Notes under the pieces: generated by a model | What the model was told of the DNA's origin: nothing | Databases searched by the model: none | What the model saw: only the letters and a program-made list of their open reading frames with translations | Part shown: piece by piece, positions 63,179 through 64,000 of the stretch | Layout of the letters: every line of letters starts with the position of its first letter | Numbering within the stretch: the stretch's first letter is position 1 | Program-made: the position numbers and the translations under genes | Source: an uncultured Actinomycetes bacterium | GTDB taxonomy: Bacteria; Actinomycetota; Actinomycetes; S36-B12; UBA10799 | NCBI GenBank assembly: GCA_963752505.1 | Contig: CAVVYM010000004.1 | Location: 177,278 to 241,277, forward strand | DNA length: 64,000 bases | Direction: 5' to 3'

Positions 63179-63568
63179 ATGAGTGCGAGGCAGGCGCCTC
63201 TGCTGCGGTGGCGCGTTCGGCAATCCGCTGGGCGCGCCACCGACCAGCACGGGCACGCCACTGCCGAGATGGCGGTGGCAATCATCGCCCTCGTTGCGGC
63301 GCTGGTACCGCTCTTGGTCGGTGTGCAGCTGATCCTCACGGCAGCACGTGCCCAGGAGGGCGCTCGGGCCATCGCCCGCGAGGTATCCCGCGGGGAGAAC
63401 GGATCAAGTGCGGTCGCCCGCGTGCGCTCTTCGCTGCCTGGCAGCGCGGTGAGTATCCAGGCGGAGGGAGGCGATGCGGTCGTGACCGTGAGCGTTCCGA
63501 TGCAGTTGCCGTTCGGCCCCGAGATGGAACTTGCGCGCACGGCCCGCACCGCGCAGGAGCCATCGTGA
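63179..63568 (+). CDS. TadE family pilus minor pilin-like protein
   Basis: GHATAEMAVAIIALVAALVPLLVG is a TadE-type N-terminal motif. 129 aa. Confidence 0.6.
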   Translation: MSARQAPLLRWRVRQSAGRATDQHGHATAEMAVAIIALVAALVPLLVGVQLILTAARAQEGARAIAREVSRGENGSSAVARVRSSLPGSAVSIQAEGGDAVVTVSVPMQLPFGPEMELARTARTAQEPS

Positions 63569-64000
63569 GGCGGCTGCGCGGGTCCGGTGGTTCGGCCACC
63601 ATCGTCGTCCTGGTGGTGTTCCTCGCCCTCACCATGCTGGTGGGATTGCTCGCAGTGGTGGGAGCCCTCATTGCCGCCCAAGTGCGGGTGGCGCAGGCGG
63701 CCGACCTGGCCGCCCTGGCCGGTGCGCGGGAGGCGTGGTTCGGCGATTCGAGGGCGTGTGGGGAGGCCCAACGGATCGCGGCGGCCCACGGCGCTGTCGT
63801 CGAATCGTGCGATCGTCGTGGGCTGGACTTGCAGGTGGTGGTGGTCACTCAGGCTCCGATTCCAGCCTTCCTGTGGGGCGAGGGTCGGCAGGAACCGCAG
63901 GCTCAGACCGGTCCGACCCTGCGGGCCATCGCCCGAGCCGGGCCGCCGGATTCCTACGGCCTGGCCTATGACCAAGCCCCGTCGGGGCGCTCGATGACCA
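63565..64000 (+). CDS. Rv3654c-family TadE-like protein (3' end beyond window or unresolved)
   Basis: GTG overlaps the previous stop. VRRLRGSGGSATIVVLVVFLALTMLVGLLAVVGALIAAQVRVAQAADLAALAGA is typical. The frame stays open to the window end and is not in the supplied ORF track. Confidence 0.5.
   Translation, partial: MRRLRGSGGSATIVVLVVFLALTMLVGLLAVVGALIAAQVRVAQAADLAALAGAREAWFGDSRACGEAQRIAAAHGAVVESCDRRGLDLQVVVVTQAPIPAFLWGEGRQEPQAQTGPTLRAIARAGPPDSYGLAYDQAPSGRSMT

Overview
High-GC (roughly 68-70%) Actinomycetota chromosomal segment with about 70 genes and dense coding. The right two thirds are colinear with the Mycobacterium tuberculosis Rv3654c-Rv3725 neighbourhood as I recall it. That part holds tRNA-Ser x2, SRP RNA, dnaX-recR-ask-asd, tRNA-Pro, a class A PBP, whiB, an ArsA-like ATPase pair, DUF4177-RidA-NUDIX-MBL, crp, nth, tlpA-nudix-marP, nhaA, a HAD hydrolase, the 6C sRNA, and ssd plus the tad/flp pilus genes. 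The left third is more accessory. It holds a circularly permuted ATP-grasp/alpha-E/transglutaminase triad, a bfaA/bfaB-like pair, a geranylgeranyl reductase near a tocopherol-cyclase homologue, and a pnt operon broken by two frameshifts. It also holds a GGDEF-EAL membrane protein, a repeat-rich lipoprotein, two paralogous TAT metallophosphoesterases, and a secreted RCC1-repeat protein built from near-identical DNA modules. A TetR/FadD pair follows, then a degraded mobile-element scar (IS110 fragment abutting an IS4-type DDE transposase) next to tRNA-Ser(CGA). The most interesting candidates are listed here. (1) A small protein between crp and nth carries the RsiG-type c-di-GMP binding motif twice. 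(2) The uncharacterised ATP-grasp/alpha-E/transglutaminase triad. (3) An actinobacterial tocopherol-cyclase homologue close to a prenyl reductase. (4) The RCC1 repeat gene and the several frame disruptions. (5) Several strong palindromes and tandem repeats in promoter regions. I saw no CRISPR array, rRNA or recognisable defence system. All calls rest on reading the supplied translations and the DNA by eye; no searches were run.
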